A stretch of DNA of 64,000 nt, from assembly GCA_964418675.1 (NCBI GenBank), contig CAYQMM010000001.1, forward strand, positions 68,892 through 132,891. Direction: 5' to 3'. The notes under the pieces are model-generated. The model did no database searches and was not told the origin of the DNA. It worked only from the letters and a program-made list of their open reading frames with translations. Below, one piece after another: positions 54,768 through 64,000 of the stretch (position 1 is the first letter of the stretch; every line of letters starts with the position of its first letter). This DNA comes from an uncultured Candidatus Bathyarchaeia archaeon. Lineage in GTDB: Archaea; Thermoproteota; Bathyarchaeia; Bathyarchaeales; Bathyarchaeaceae. Both the position numbers and the translations under genes were made by a program.

Positions 54768-57650
54768 ATGAAATCTTTAAGGCAGATCGAGGAAAAATGG
54801 CGTAAGGCATGGGAAGAAGCCAAAATATTCGAGGCTGAACCAGACCAGACCAGAAAAAAATGCATGGTCACCTTCCCCTTCCCCTACATGAACGGACCAC
54901 TGCACGTGGGACACGGCTTCACAGCCACCCGCGTTGACGCCTACGCCCGCTTCAGAAGAATGCAAGGCTACAATGTTCTGTTTCCTTGGGCTTGGCACTG
55001 GACAGGCGAAACCATAGCCGGCGCAAGCGAACGGGTGAAGACTGGAGACGAAACCCTGATTAGCGCCTTAAGAGATGTGGACGGAGTCTCAGAGGAAGAC
55101 CTGAAAAAGTTTGTTGACCCAGTTTACATGGCTTCCTACTACACCGATGACAGCAGAGAAGCCGTTAAACGGCTGGGTTTTTCGATAGATTGGAGACGAG
55201 AATTTCATACAACATCCCTGTATCCCACCTTCAGCAAGTTTGTCGAGTGGCAATGTGAAAGGCTGCGAGAAAAAGGCTACATCATAAAAGGAACGTATCC
55301 TGTGGTTTGGTGTCCCCACGACCAGAGCCCCACAGGAGACCATGACCGCCAGACCGGCGAAGGAGTTGTGCCCGAGGAATACACTCTCATCAAATTCAGA
55401 ATGGACGATTATTATCTCCCGTCAGCAACCTTCAGACCCGAAACCATCTACGGCATAACAAACATCTGGATAAACCCCGACGCAGACTACGTCAAAGCCC
55501 AAGTAGATGGCGAGAAATGGATAATCAGCCACGTCGCAGCAGACAAACTACGGGAACAGCAAAGAAAGGTAGAGATAATCAGCCAATTCAAGGGCAAAGA
55601 GATAATCGGCAAACACTTTACAAGCCCCCTCAGCCCCAGAAAGATGCTAATCCTTCCCGCATGGTTCGTTGACCCAGCCAACGCCAGCGGAGTAGTTTAC
55701 AGCGTTCCAGCCCACGCCCCCTACGACTGGCTAGCCCTAAGAGACCTCCAGAACAGCCCCAAATTGCTGAAGGAATTCGGCATAGACCCTGAAGAGGTCA
55801 AGAAGATAAAGTCAATCTCCATGATTAAGGTGGAGGGTTTCGGAGAGCATCCCGCCATCGAACTCGTCGAGCAGATGGGAGTTAAAGACCAGCATGACCC
55901 CAAGGCTGAAGAAGCAACAAAAATGCTCTACAAAAAAGAGTTTCATGGCGGCGTGTTAAAGGAAATCTGCGGAGAATACGCTGGAAAAAAGGTCAATGAA
56001 GTCAAGGAGACTCTGATTCGAGACTTCAAGGAGAAGGGCATAGCAGACTCCATGTATGATCTGCCCGAACCAGTCATCTGCCGATGCATGACTCCCTGCC
56101 TCGTTAAGGTCCTTGAAGAACAATGGTTCATAAAATACTCCGATGAGACATGGAAAGCAGAGACCAAGAAAGCAGTGAAGCAGGCTTCCATCTACCCTGA
56201 AACGGCTACGCAATGGTTCATCAACATCATCGACTGGCTGAAGGAGTGGCCATGCGCAAGAAAAAGCGGTTTAGGAACACCCCTTCCTTGGAGTCCCGGC
56301 TGGATTGTTGAAACCCTAACCGACTCGACAGTTTACATGGCATTCTACACGATAAACAAACACCTAAAACAACACAACATAAAAGCGGAGCAGCTGGCGG
56401 GCGAGGTCTTCGACTACATCTTTTACGGACAAGGGAACCCAGAAAAGATTGCTGCCCAGTCACGTATTAGCCGCAAAATCTTAGATGAGATGCGAAGCGA
56501 GTTTCTCTACTGGTATCCCGTGGACCTCAGAGTCTCGGCTAAAGAGCTGCTTCCAAATCACTTGACTTTCTTTCTCTTTCAGCATGTGGCGCTGTTTCCA
56601 GAGCATCTGCCGAAGGGTATTGGCGTAAACGGTATGTTAAGCATTGAGGGGATGAAGATGTCGAAGTCCAAGGGCAACTTCGTAACCCTCAAGGATGCCC
56701 TCAACGAGTTCGGAGCTGACTCCACCCGCTGCGCCCTCCTCTTAGGTGGAGAAGGAATGGATGACCCAGATTGGAGGAGAGAGAATGTTCGGGACGTTAG
56801 AAGCAAGCTTCGCGGCTTTCTCACTCTAGCCGACAACATAATTGAATCTGCAAAGGAAAAGGAGAAGGGGCATCTGGAAGAGTGGCTGGTCAGTATGCTA
56901 CAGCACAGAATCAAAACCGTTACAGAAAGCATGGAGTCGCTGAAGACCAGAACAGCCATAGAAAACGCCCTCTTTGAAATCTGGAATGACTTCCGATGGT
57001 ACATTCGAAGAAAAGAAAAAACCGATTCAAAGCTCCTGAAGAAGGCTCTAGAAACATGGATACGCCTCCTAGCTCCCTTTGCACCCTATATCTGCGAGGA
57101 AATCTGGAGCAAACTGGGAAAATCAAACTTTGTTTCCTTGGCTAATTGGCCAGTTTACGACGAAAAGCAAGTCGATGTTCAGGCAGAAGAGACGGAAAAC
57201 CTGATCAAAAACGTGATGGAAGACATATCGAACATACTTCGAGCAACAAAGATGGTACCTAAGAAGATTTACTACTATTCTGCTGCGCCTTGGAAGTGGA
57301 AAGTCTACCTATCAGCCCTTAAGAGGTCAATGTCCACCCCGCTTGTTCTCAGCGATCTGATGAAGGAATTGATGCAAGACCCAGAGCTAAAAACGGTGGT
57401 TGGAAAGGTTGCCAAATTCGCCCGCGGAATCATAGAGGAAATCAATCGAATGCCAACAGACAGAAAGACGAGGCAACTAGAAATTGGACTTCTAGATGAA
57501 AAAACGTTGCTAGAGGAAGCTGAAGCCTTCTTCAGAAGCGACTTTAACGCGAAAATCCATGTGTACAAAGAGGGCGAGGAGCAGCTTTATGACCCCCAAA
57601 GGAAAGCAGGGTTTGCCAGACCGTACCGTCCAGCAATCTACATCGAGTGA
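54768..57650 (+). CDS. leuS: Leucine--tRNA ligase (archaeal type)
   Basis: Start at ATG 54768 (MKSLRQIEEKWRKAWEE). FPYMNGPLHVGH (HIGH-type) and GMKMSKSKGN (KMSKS). Confidence 0.9.
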   Translation: MKSLRQIEEKWRKAWEEAKIFEAEPDQTRKKCMVTFPFPYMNGPLHVGHGFTATRVDAYARFRRMQGYNVLFPWAWHWTGETIAGASERVKTGDETLISALRDVDGVSEEDLKKFVDPVYMASYYTDDSREAVKRLGFSIDWRREFHTTSLYPTFSKFVEWQCERLREKGYIIKGTYPVVWCPHDQSPTGDHDRQTGEGVVPEEYTLIKFRMDDYYLPSATFRPETIYGITNIWINPDADYVKAQVDGEKWIISHVAADKLREQQRKVEIISQFKGKEIIGKHFTSPLSPRKMLILPAWFVDPANASGVVYSVPAHAPYDWLALRDLQNSPKLLKEFGIDPEEVKKIKSISMIKVEGFGEHPAIELVEQMGVKDQHDPKAEEATKMLYKKEFHGGVLKEICGEYAGKKVNEVKETLIRDFKEKGIADSMYDLPEPVICRCMTPCLVKVLEEQWFIKYSDETWKAETKKAVKQASIYPETATQWFINIIDWLKEWPCARKSGLGTPLPWSPGWIVETLTDSTVYMAFYTINKHLKQHNIKAEQLAGEVFDYIFYGQGNPEKIAAQSRISRKILDEMRSEFLYWYPVDLRVSAKELLPNHLTFFLFQHVALFPEHLPKGIGVNGMLSIEGMKMSKSKGNFVTLKDALNEFGADSTRCALLLGGEGMDDPDWRRENVRDVRSKLRGFLTLADNIIESAKEKEKGHLEEWLVSMLQHRIKTVTESMESLKTRTAIENALFEIWNDFRWYIRRKEKTDSKLLKKALETWIRLLAPFAPYICEEIWSKLGKSNFVSLANWPVYDEKQVDVQAEETENLIKNVMEDISNILRATKMVPKKIYYYSAAPWKWKVYLSALKRSMSTPLVLSDLMKELMQDPELKTVVGKVAKFARGIIEEINRMPTDRKTRQLEIGLLDEKTLLEEAEAFFRSDFNAKIHVYKEGEEQLYDPQRKAGFARPYRPAIYIE

Positions 57651-57721
57651 TTGTGGAAACCAGCCGTCTGTTTGAATGAAAGATTATATTTGGGCAGTTC
57701 TTAGACTATGACGGTTCAAAA

Positions 57722-57815
57722 GGGTCCGTGGCCTAGCCAGGATAAGGCATTGGACTTCTAATCTAGGGAAGAAGAAATCCAATGATCCGGGGTTCAAATC
57801 CCCGCGGACCCGCCA
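57722..57815 (+). tRNA. tRNA-Arg (anticodon UCU) with 16-nt canonical-position intron and encoded CCA
   Basis: Hand-folded cloverleaf: acceptor GGGUCCG/CGGACCC, D arm GCCU-AGCCAGGAUA-AGGC, anticodon stem UUGGA/UCCAA, loop CU-UCU-A. Intron at 57761-57776 between positions 37 and 38. T arm CGGGG-UUCAAAU-CCCCG, discriminator G, CCA at 57813-57815. Confidence 0.9.
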
Positions 57816-57942
57816 TCAAACTAAATTTAAACCTGAAAAAGGTTCTTCCTAGACAAAAATGGTAGATTGGTAGCGTTTTCTTCATGAAGGGTTCCATAAA
57901 GGATATATTGCTGGAACATTTTGTGTTCGCACGTGAAAATAG

Positions 57943-59883
57943 ATGGTTGACAGTATGAAATCGGACTCTCTGCCAGTGGAATTAAGATACTGGCCTATAA
58001 AACGGTATATGGATACATACAAAAAATCCTTGGATGACATAGAAGAATTTTGGGGGCAAGAAGCGAGAAACTTAGAGTGGTTCAGCACATGGGACCGAGT
58101 GCTCGACTGGGACATACCCTTCGCAAAATGGTTCCCCGGCGGCATGCTGAATGCCTCCTACCTGTGTGTCGACAAGCACCTGAAGACTTGGAGAAGAAAC
58201 AAAGTAGCAATATACTGGGTAGGAGAAAACGGAGAAAAAAGAACATTAAGCTACTCGCAACTCTACACAGAAGTGAACAAGTTAGCGGCTGCCCTCAAGA
58301 AACTGGGCGTAAAGGACGGCGACCGCGTAGCCTTTTATCTGCCCATGATACCTGAAATGATGATAGCCATGCTGGCAACCGCCAGAATAGGCGCAATACA
58401 CACTGTTGTCTTTTCCGGCTTCAGTGCAATGGCTCTCGCGGAGCGGATAAACCACACGAAAGCCAAGGTTATAATAACGGCAGACGGCAGCTTCAGGAGA
58501 GGAAAAATCCTCAAACTAAAAGAGATAGTTGACCAAGCAGTGGAAAACACGCCGTCAGTCGAGAAGGTTATAGTTGTAAAGAGAACTGGTCACAAAATCA
58601 AAATGAAGGAGGGCAGAGACCTCTGGTATCATGAAACCGTGAAGCACATAGAAGAACCCGTGCCTCCCTTGCCTGTGGAGAGCACTCATCCGCTCTTCAT
58701 TCTTTACACTTCTGGAACTACAGGAAAACCGAAAGGCATAGTTCACAGCACAGGAGGCTACCTCGTCTACGTAAACTCCATCTACAAATGGGTTTTTAAC
58801 ATACAGGAAGACAGCGTATACTGGTGCACCGCCGACGTAGGATGGGTAACCGGACACAGCTTCATCGTCTATGCACCCCTGATAAATGGAGCATCAATAG
58901 TCGTCTACGAGGGAGCACCAGACTATCCGGAACCCGACAGATGGTGGCAGATAATTGAAGAATACAAAGTAACGACACTTTACACCTCGCCCACAGCCAT
59001 AAGAATGTTCATGCGCCTCGGAGAAAAATGGCTCAAAAAACACGATCTCAGCAGCCTAGCAATCCTAGGAACCGTGGGAGAACCCATAAACCCCGAAGCT
59101 TGGATGTGGTACTTCAAAAACATAGGCGGAGAAAGATGCCCCATAGTAGACACCTGGTGGCAAACAGAAACCGGCGGCATAATGATCTCACCAGCACCAG
59201 GCATAGGATTAGTTCCCCTGAAACCCGGATCCGCAACATACCCGCTGCCTGGAATAGACGCTGAAGTAGTAGATGAAAATGGAAAACCCGTACCTGCTGG
59301 AGTAAGAGGCTACATCATAATAAAGAAGCCGTGGCCTGGAATGCTCATGACAGTGTATAAGGACCCTGAACGATACAAAGAGACCTACTGGTCCAGGTTC
59401 AAGAACGCCTACTATGCTGGGGACTACTGCATGAAAGACGAAGATGGATACATGTGGCTATTAGGCAGAGCAGATGAGGTTCTGAAGGTTGCAGGTCACA
59501 GACTGGGAACAGTGGAGCTTGAAAGCGCCATGGTTTCGCATCCGGCAGTGGCAGAGGCTGCGGTAGTCAGCAAGCCTCACGACATTAAGGGAGAAACAAT
59601 TGTGGTCTTCGCCGTCCTGAAGCAGAAATACAAGCCTAGCGATGAACTGAAGAAAGAATTAAGGAATCATATGAGAAAAGCTGTGGGTCCCGTTGCAACC
59701 CCTGAAGAGATATACTTTGTTGTGAAGCTTCCGAAGACAAGAAGCGGCAAAATCATGCGAAGAGTCCTAAAAGCGCTTGTTTCAGACCAAAAGATAGGTG
59801 ACATCTCTACCTTAGAGGACAAGGCTTCAGTGGAAGAGGCAAAACAGGCATACGAGGAATTCAAAAGAATTACTAAGAAGTAG
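57943..59883 (+). CDS. acs: Acetyl-CoA synthetase (AMP-forming)
   Basis: 646 aa; [62 protein letters not shown]. Confidence 0.9.
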   Translation: MVDSMKSDSLPVELRYWPIKRYMDTYKKSLDDIEEFWGQEARNLEWFSTWDRVLDWDIPFAKWFPGGMLNASYLCVDKHLKTWRRNKVAIYWVGENGEKRTLSYSQLYTEVNKLAAALKKLGVKDGDRVAFYLPMIPEMMIAMLATARIGAIHTVVFSGFSAMALAERINHTKAKVIITADGSFRRGKILKLKEIVDQAVENTPSVEKVIVVKRTGHKIKMKEGRDLWYHETVKHIEEPVPPLPVESTHPLFILYTSGTTGKPKGIVHSTGGYLVYVNSIYKWVFNIQEDSVYWCTADVGWVTGHSFIVYAPLINGASIVVYEGAPDYPEPDRWWQIIEEYKVTTLYTSPTAIRMFMRLGEKWLKKHDLSSLAILGTVGEPINPEAWMWYFKNIGGERCPIVDTWWQTETGGIMISPAPGIGLVPLKPGSATYPLPGIDAEVVDENGKPVPAGVRGYIIIKKPWPGMLMTVYKDPERYKETYWSRFKNAYYAGDYCMKDEDGYMWLLGRADEVLKVAGHRLGTVELESAMVSHPAVAEAAVVSKPHDIKGETIVVFAVLKQKYKPSDELKKELRNHMRKAVGPVATPEEIYFVVKLPKTRSGKIMRRVLKALVSDQKIGDISTLEDKASVEEAKQAYEEFKRITKK

Positions 59884-59910
59884 ACTGGCTAGACTGAAGG
59901 AAGTGGCAGA

Positions 59911-60108
59911 TCAGGTAAGTCTTACCCTGTTCAGGGTCTTGTTTTGCCACGAATATTTTCTAATTTTAGTTGACTCCCCGTAACCGCACGCTGAGCACCG
60001 TTTCTCTGTTATATGGTACGCTCTTTTGCCGCAGCGTCTACATCGGATATGAAGAGTCTTGTGGGCACGTTTTCCAAAAGATGAGGTGCCCTTACTTATT
60101 TTTCCCAT
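59911..60108 (-). CDS. rpl37e: 50S ribosomal protein L37e (eL37)
   Basis: 65 aa; KGTSSFGKRAHKTLHIRCRRCGKRAYH...CSACGY zinc ribbon. Confidence 0.85.
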   Translation of the reverse strand: MGKISKGTSSFGKRAHKTLHIRCRRCGKRAYHITEKRCSACGYGESTKIRKYSWQNKTLNRVRLT

Positions 60109-60114
60109 TGGTTG

Positions 60115-60342
60115 TCACCTTGGGGGCGGAGAAATTATCACCACATTGTCTCCACGGACTATGATGGCGCCAAGTTTCTTCACGTTTTCTACATCTGTCG
60201 TGTCTTCTGTCTCATCTAACACCAAGTTGAGGTGTTGATCGAAGCCCTTGAGTTTTCCCCGTAGCTTCTTTCCGCCTCTCAATCTTACGAGAACTATTTT
60301 TCCGAGGCTATCTTCCAAGATTTTAGTGGCCATTTCGCTCAT
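60115..60342 (-). CDS. Sm-like archaeal protein (LSm/SmAP)
   Basis: Sm1/Sm2 motifs VLVRLRGGKKLRGKLKGFDQHLNLVLDE...IIVRGDNVVIISP. ATG 60342 follows a GAGAGGG-like SD. GTG 60360 is an alternative start. Confidence 0.85.
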   Translation of the reverse strand: MSEMATKILEDSLGKIVLVRLRGGKKLRGKLKGFDQHLNLVLDETEDTTDVENVKKLGAIIVRGDNVVIISPPPR

Positions 60343-60428
60343 ATGAACCCTCTCGTCCACTTGTCACTTTTGATGTTTATAGGTTTCGGCGTAACGATTT
60401 AAAGGTTCTGATTTACTTCCTGTTTTAA

Positions 60429-61262
60429 TTACTGTTTTTCTTGTGTGCCAAGTAATTCCTTTATTGAAGCTACATCCTCTGGAAAGTTCTTCGTTAACCT
60501 GTTCTTTTTCAAATTTTCCTTTATTATCCACAGAATATCTGCATCTTGCAGACCCACAAGTTGTTGTATAAGCGCAAACCCTTCTTTGGGAGCAGCACGA
60601 ACTACAACGCTTAAAGTATAGCCTAATCCCTTTCGCAGAGTTTTGAATTTGTCTGATTTCCGTTCTTTGCTGGAGAGGATTCTGGCAAAGATTTTCTTGT
60701 GCAACTCTAAGGCTCTTCGTGCAGTTTTATCATCCTTCAATATGGGTGGTTCAGCTACTCCAGCTGCAATTGCCCTCATAACGAGCCATTCATTGTCCGT
60801 AATCCAGTTTTCTAATGCTTTCAAGGTGTTTTGGCTCTGTTTTGTCAACAGTTTCTGAATTCCCATGGCAACACCTTCTCTGGTTCTCCATCTTGGATCA
60901 TCTGCTAATTCTCGTAACAAAACCAGTGCTTTTTCAAAGAACCTTGGGGAAACTGAGGCGATGGCTCCTATGGCATAAGTTCCGCAAAAGGTAAGGAATT
61001 CCTTCGGGTTGTTTGTGGGAGCTTCATCTGCAGAGATTTCGGTTAATTTCAGACATAATTTCCACAGGTTCTCAAGTTCTTTTGAGGAGTAAGCTTCAAC
61101 TACTTCAGTGAATGCCATAGCCAATTCTAAATTTCCTCTGGGGCTAGGAAGGTTGCTATTTGAAACTAGATATTCAATTATCTTCTCTTTGTTACCGGTT
61201 CTAAGAAACTCATCAAGAAAACGAGTTAAATCTGGTTTGTAACTTTCCTTCTTGCCGCCCAT
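60429..61262 (-). CDS. HEAT/ARM-repeat protein, possibly DNA-alkylation-repair (AlkD-like) family
   Basis: 277-aa helical-repeat-looking ORF. The segment NEWLVMRAIAAGVA resembles the W-x-RR-aa repeat of that family. Assignment is weak. Confidence 0.35.
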   Translation of the reverse strand: MGGKKESYKPDLTRFLDEFLRTGNKEKIIEYLVSNSNLPSPRGNLELAMAFTEVVEAYSSKELENLWKLCLKLTEISADEAPTNNPKEFLTFCGTYAIGAIASVSPRFFEKALVLLRELADDPRWRTREGVAMGIQKLLTKQSQNTLKALENWITDNEWLVMRAIAAGVAEPPILKDDKTARRALELHKKIFARILSSKERKSDKFKTLRKGLGYTLSVVVRAAPKEGFALIQQLVGLQDADILWIIKENLKKNRLTKNFPEDVASIKELLGTQEKQ

Positions 61263-61416
61263 CCTGACTAATTCTCCTCCCTCATATAATGTGAATGCGT
61301 TAATCCTATTATCCTTATTCTAACTGTTGTATAGATGTTATTTGCACTGCTTACCTTTGGTTAGGCTAAAAAAAGGAAAAGATGTGGGAGGATAGGTGTG
61401 TCTAAACCCCATTCAT

Positions 61417-62022
61417 TTACTCTATGTTTATGGTCTCGCCCTTTGGTTTCTCTCCCTTCTTTTTGGGGATAGCGATGTCTAAGACGCCGTTCTTGTATTT
61501 TGATGCAGCCTTTTTAATGTCCACTTTGGCGGGCAGTTCAACTTCTTTGAAGTATTTGCGATCAGGAGTATCAACAGAAATCGTTAACTTTTCATCTGTT
61601 CCAGAAAGTTTGATGTCTTTCTTCTCGACACCCGGCAGCTCAACTATCACCCTAACTTCATTATCTTCAGTCATCACATCTGCTAAGGGTTCCCTCTTCT
61701 CCTTGACGTCTATGTAGGGTTTTCCCATGCGAGTTTCCGTTTTGAAATTTCCGAACTCCCTCACTTTTGGCTTCCCATCTGGACCAACAGTTACGCTGTA
61801 GCCGTAAACAAAGGGTCCCCAGCTTTTAACTTTAGTTCCATCAGGCAGGGTTCGTTCTCGTAGGAGGTCTTTGGGTGCTCTCTTGGATAGTTCCTCGAAT
61901 TCTTTTGCCATCATCTCTTCCATTTCTTTGAATGTTTCGTCTATGTCCCATAGATTGCCTCCAAAGAAGGGCCAGCTTCTTCTTTTCTTAAACCAGCGGG
62001 ACCATCTATCTTCTTCTGACAC
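61417..62022 (-). CDS. hsp20: Small heat-shock protein, Hsp20/alpha-crystallin family
   Basis: 201 aa. ACD core PLADVMTEDNEVRVIVELPGVEKKDIKLSGTDEKLTISVD...FKEVELPAKVDIKKAASKYKNGVLDIAIPKK. Long N-terminal arm. Confidence 0.85.
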   Translation of the reverse strand: MSEEDRWSRWFKKRRSWPFFGGNLWDIDETFKEMEEMMAKEFEELSKRAPKDLLRERTLPDGTKVKSWGPFVYGYSVTVGPDGKPKVREFGNFKTETRMGKPYIDVKEKREPLADVMTEDNEVRVIVELPGVEKKDIKLSGTDEKLTISVDTPDRKYFKEVELPAKVDIKKAASKYKNGVLDIAIPKKKGEKPKGETINIE

Positions 62023-62028
62023 GGTTTT

Positions 62029-62448
62029 TCACCTCCTCAAACTCTCTATTTCCTCTAGAGATTCTATTAATCGGCGTAGGGCGAGGCTTAAGGTTAAGAA
62101 GGCTGACTGTCCAAACTCTGAGCAGCGATAGGTTCCTCTGCCGGTCTTCTTTAGAAATCCTCCTTCCCTGAGCTTTCGCGAGTTTTCCCAGACGGTTTTT
62201 GGATTTAAATCTAGGTCGCGCATGAAATCTGCGAAGTTCATTGTACGGTCCTCTTCCTCTACCAGCCTTCTCATCATTTTTAGGCGGGTTTCGTTGGAGA
62301 GGGCTTCGAACATGTTGGAGAATTTTTGGAAATCTTCTTCGAAGGCTTCGAATTCGGTTGTAAGCTGTTCTTTTGACCAATCCATGGGGGATAGGGGCAC
62401 TTCTAGGATTACTTTGTTGTCGCGTACTAGCTGTAGTTTTAAGCTCAT
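62029..62448 (-). CDS. Winged-helix (ArsR/Phr-like) transcriptional regulator
   Basis: Start at ATG 62448. FEALSNETRLKMMRRLVEEEDRTMNFADFMRDLDLNPKTVWENSRKLREGGFLKK. Stop lies 6 nt upstream of the hsp20 start. Confidence 0.6.
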   Translation of the reverse strand: MSLKLQLVRDNKVILEVPLSPMDWSKEQLTTEFEAFEEDFQKFSNMFEALSNETRLKMMRRLVEEEDRTMNFADFMRDLDLNPKTVWENSRKLREGGFLKKTGRGTYRCSEFGQSAFLTLSLALRRLIESLEEIESLRR

Positions 62449-62583
62449 GTTTCCTCGCCTCTTATTACCGTGAAGTAATAAACGTGGCTTCACATATAAA
62501 TGTTACTATCTGGTAATAAACTCAACCGTTATTAAACGAAAAAAGAATTAACCCGGGGGAGCCGCGATTTCGTCAAACGAAAG

Positions 62584-63048
62584 TTAGAATTGTTTGGGAA
62601 TATCCTGTTTTTCCATGATGTAGCCACAATAATGGCATCTTAGCCGGAGGGGTTCTTCATTATCCACGTAGAAGGTAGGTTTCACTGGTTCTTTACTATT
62701 TGAGATGCACGCGGGATTTGCACACTTGACTGTGTCCCGTATCACTTTGGGCAGCTTAACCAGCTGCTTGTCAACAACCTTATAGTTTCTGATGATGTTG
62801 ATGCTGGCATGGGGAGCCAACAGGGCAATTTTATCCACTTCTCGGGATTTCAGTTCCCTTCCCTCAATCTTTACCATGTCTTTTAAGCCCAATGTTTTGC
62901 TGGGCACATTCATGGCAACGGTCACGATTCCATTCACATGTTCCGTAATAGCCAAAATCTTTAACACATCTAAAGCATGTCCAGCCGTGATATGATCTAT
63001 AACTGTGCCGTCTTTGATTTTGGATACACGCAAAGTTGTTTCAGCCAA
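62584..63048 (-). CDS. pyrI: Aspartate carbamoyltransferase regulatory subunit
   Basis: 154 aa. LRVSKIKDGTVIDHITAGHALDVLKIL and Zn domain CANPACISN...CHYCG. Confidence 0.85.
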   Translation of the reverse strand: MAETTLRVSKIKDGTVIDHITAGHALDVLKILAITEHVNGIVTVAMNVPSKTLGLKDMVKIEGRELKSREVDKIALLAPHASINIIRNYKVVDKQLVKLPKVIRDTVKCANPACISNSKEPVKPTFYVDNEEPLRLRCHYCGYIMEKQDIPKQF

Positions 63049-63702
63049 TTAACTCGCCCCTAGGAAGCTATCTATCACCTTTTATGAATAACGAGTTTAT
63101 TTAACACTGCTGTTCATTTCCCGTGGAAAACAACTTTAGAAGGGAAAAAAGCGTTTCTTAAGGAGCGTTTACGTCTATTACCCGCTTACCCAGCCATTCA
63201 TTCATGTTTAAATCCTAGTTTGGAGAGCAGAGAGCGGATTAACATTTTGAGATGATGTTTGATGCTGTAAACTGGAGGGGCTGCATATACTCGCGTATAG
63301 GTGATGTTCTTCTTTCGAAGAATTAAGAAAGTTTTGTATTGAGGAGGAGAGAAGGCATTCGTGGGGATGCTGAAGAGCGTAAAAGCGTGCTTGAGTTTTT
63401 CCACATCTTCGAAATTCACGGCATCCCCTCAAAACAAATAGAAGTCTATATGGTTTGTCGAACTTGCTTTCAACAGTGAGTGAAGTACCAAGAGTCACTC
63501 AACTTTTCCTTTGGCTTTTTCAGCTTTCTATTTTTTATCTGTCGCATTTTCATCACAATTAAAACACAGGGAGTCACATATTTATGGTATCCAAATAATA
63601 TATAGAAAACTATTTACTCTATATAGAACATGATTAACAATAAGCTGCAACAACATCTACATAAGAAGGAAGATTCACCCTTCATATCAGATGTGTGATT
63701 AA

Positions 63703-64000
63703 ATGAAGAAGAAAAGTGTTCTTTTCATTTGTACCCACAATTCTGCCCGTTCCCAAATGGCAGAAGGACTCCTAAATACCTTCTATGGAGACAGATACGA
63801 AGCCCGCAGTGCTGGGGTAACTCCCACCCAAATCAATCCCTATGCGATTAAGGCAATGGCGGAAATCAGAATCGACATTTCAAAAAACCGCTCAAAAAGC
63901 ATCCAAGAGTTCCGAGGAGAGAACTTCAACTACGTTGTAACCGTTTGCGACAGTGCTAGAGAAAGCTGTCCCTTCTTCCCCGGCGAAAAGGTCATTCATA
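63703..64000 (+). CDS. arsC: Arsenate reductase / low-molecular-weight phosphotyrosine phosphatase family (partial; runs off the window end)
   Basis: MKKKSVLFICTHNSARSQMAEGLL (CX5R P-loop) and VVTVCDSARESCPFFPG, typical of thioredoxin-coupled ArsC. Confidence 0.75.
   Translation, partial: MKKKSVLFICTHNSARSQMAEGLLNTFYGDRYEARSAGVTPTQINPYAIKAMAEIRIDISKNRSKSIQEFRGENFNYVVTVCDSARESCPFFPGEKVIH

Noticed and set aside
1-64000. Search by eye for CRISPR arrays, rRNA, transposases, integrases and terminal inverted repeats flanking the Hdr island
   Set aside because: None were found. There are no regularly spaced direct repeats, no recombinase-like ORFs and no tRNA at either island border. The island call therefore rests only on composition and gene content.

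Overview
This is an archaeal chromosome segment. The evidence is archaeal/eukaryal-type ribosomal proteins (L18e, L37e, P0/P1), RNA polymerase subunits D and N, Spt5 and SecE, a family-B DNA polymerase, and an intron-containing tRNA. Gene order and the aconitase-X/UbiD mevalonate route suggest a TACK/Thermoproteota-like lineage, with Bathyarchaeia only as a guess; the sequence alone cannot settle this. Coding density is high and I found no rRNA, CRISPR array, transposase or integrase.

Core blocks:
- 60-6915 (-): a lower mevalonate/isoprenoid gene string laid out in pathway order.
- 7763-14418 (-): the S2-enolase-RpoN-S9-L13-L18e-RpoD-S11-S4-S13 block.
- 14.6-17.1 kb: tandem moeA paralogs.
- 44.7-47.3 kb: polB.
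- 49.3-52.5 kb: secE-spt5-L11-L1-P0-P1, followed by alaS, leuS, tRNA-Arg, acs, L37e and an Sm-like protein.
- Right end: a wHTH-hsp20 pair, an orphan pyrI and a partial arsC.

The standout is a roughly 23.7-kb, lower-G+C block (about 20.96-44.66 kb) between housekeeping genes. It holds three operon-like strings of heterodisulfide-reductase-like genes:
- 5 hdrA-like genes: one fused to a cysteine-less MvhD domain, two tandem-fused genes of about 1000 aa, and two minimal genes of about 340 aa.
- 3 hdrB, 3 hdrC and one fused hdrCB (hdrD-like).
- 2 free mvhD, one of which carries a wHTH-like tail.
- 1 frhB-like gene.

These strings are interleaved with a long-chain-type prenyl diphosphate synthase, a MenA-like prenyltransferase, a DoxX/DoxD-like membrane protein and a wHTH-V4R regulator. 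The window contains no hydrogenase, formate dehydrogenase, mcr or obvious thiol/disulfide substrate protein. All functional calls rest on motifs I could read by eye; no database search was run.
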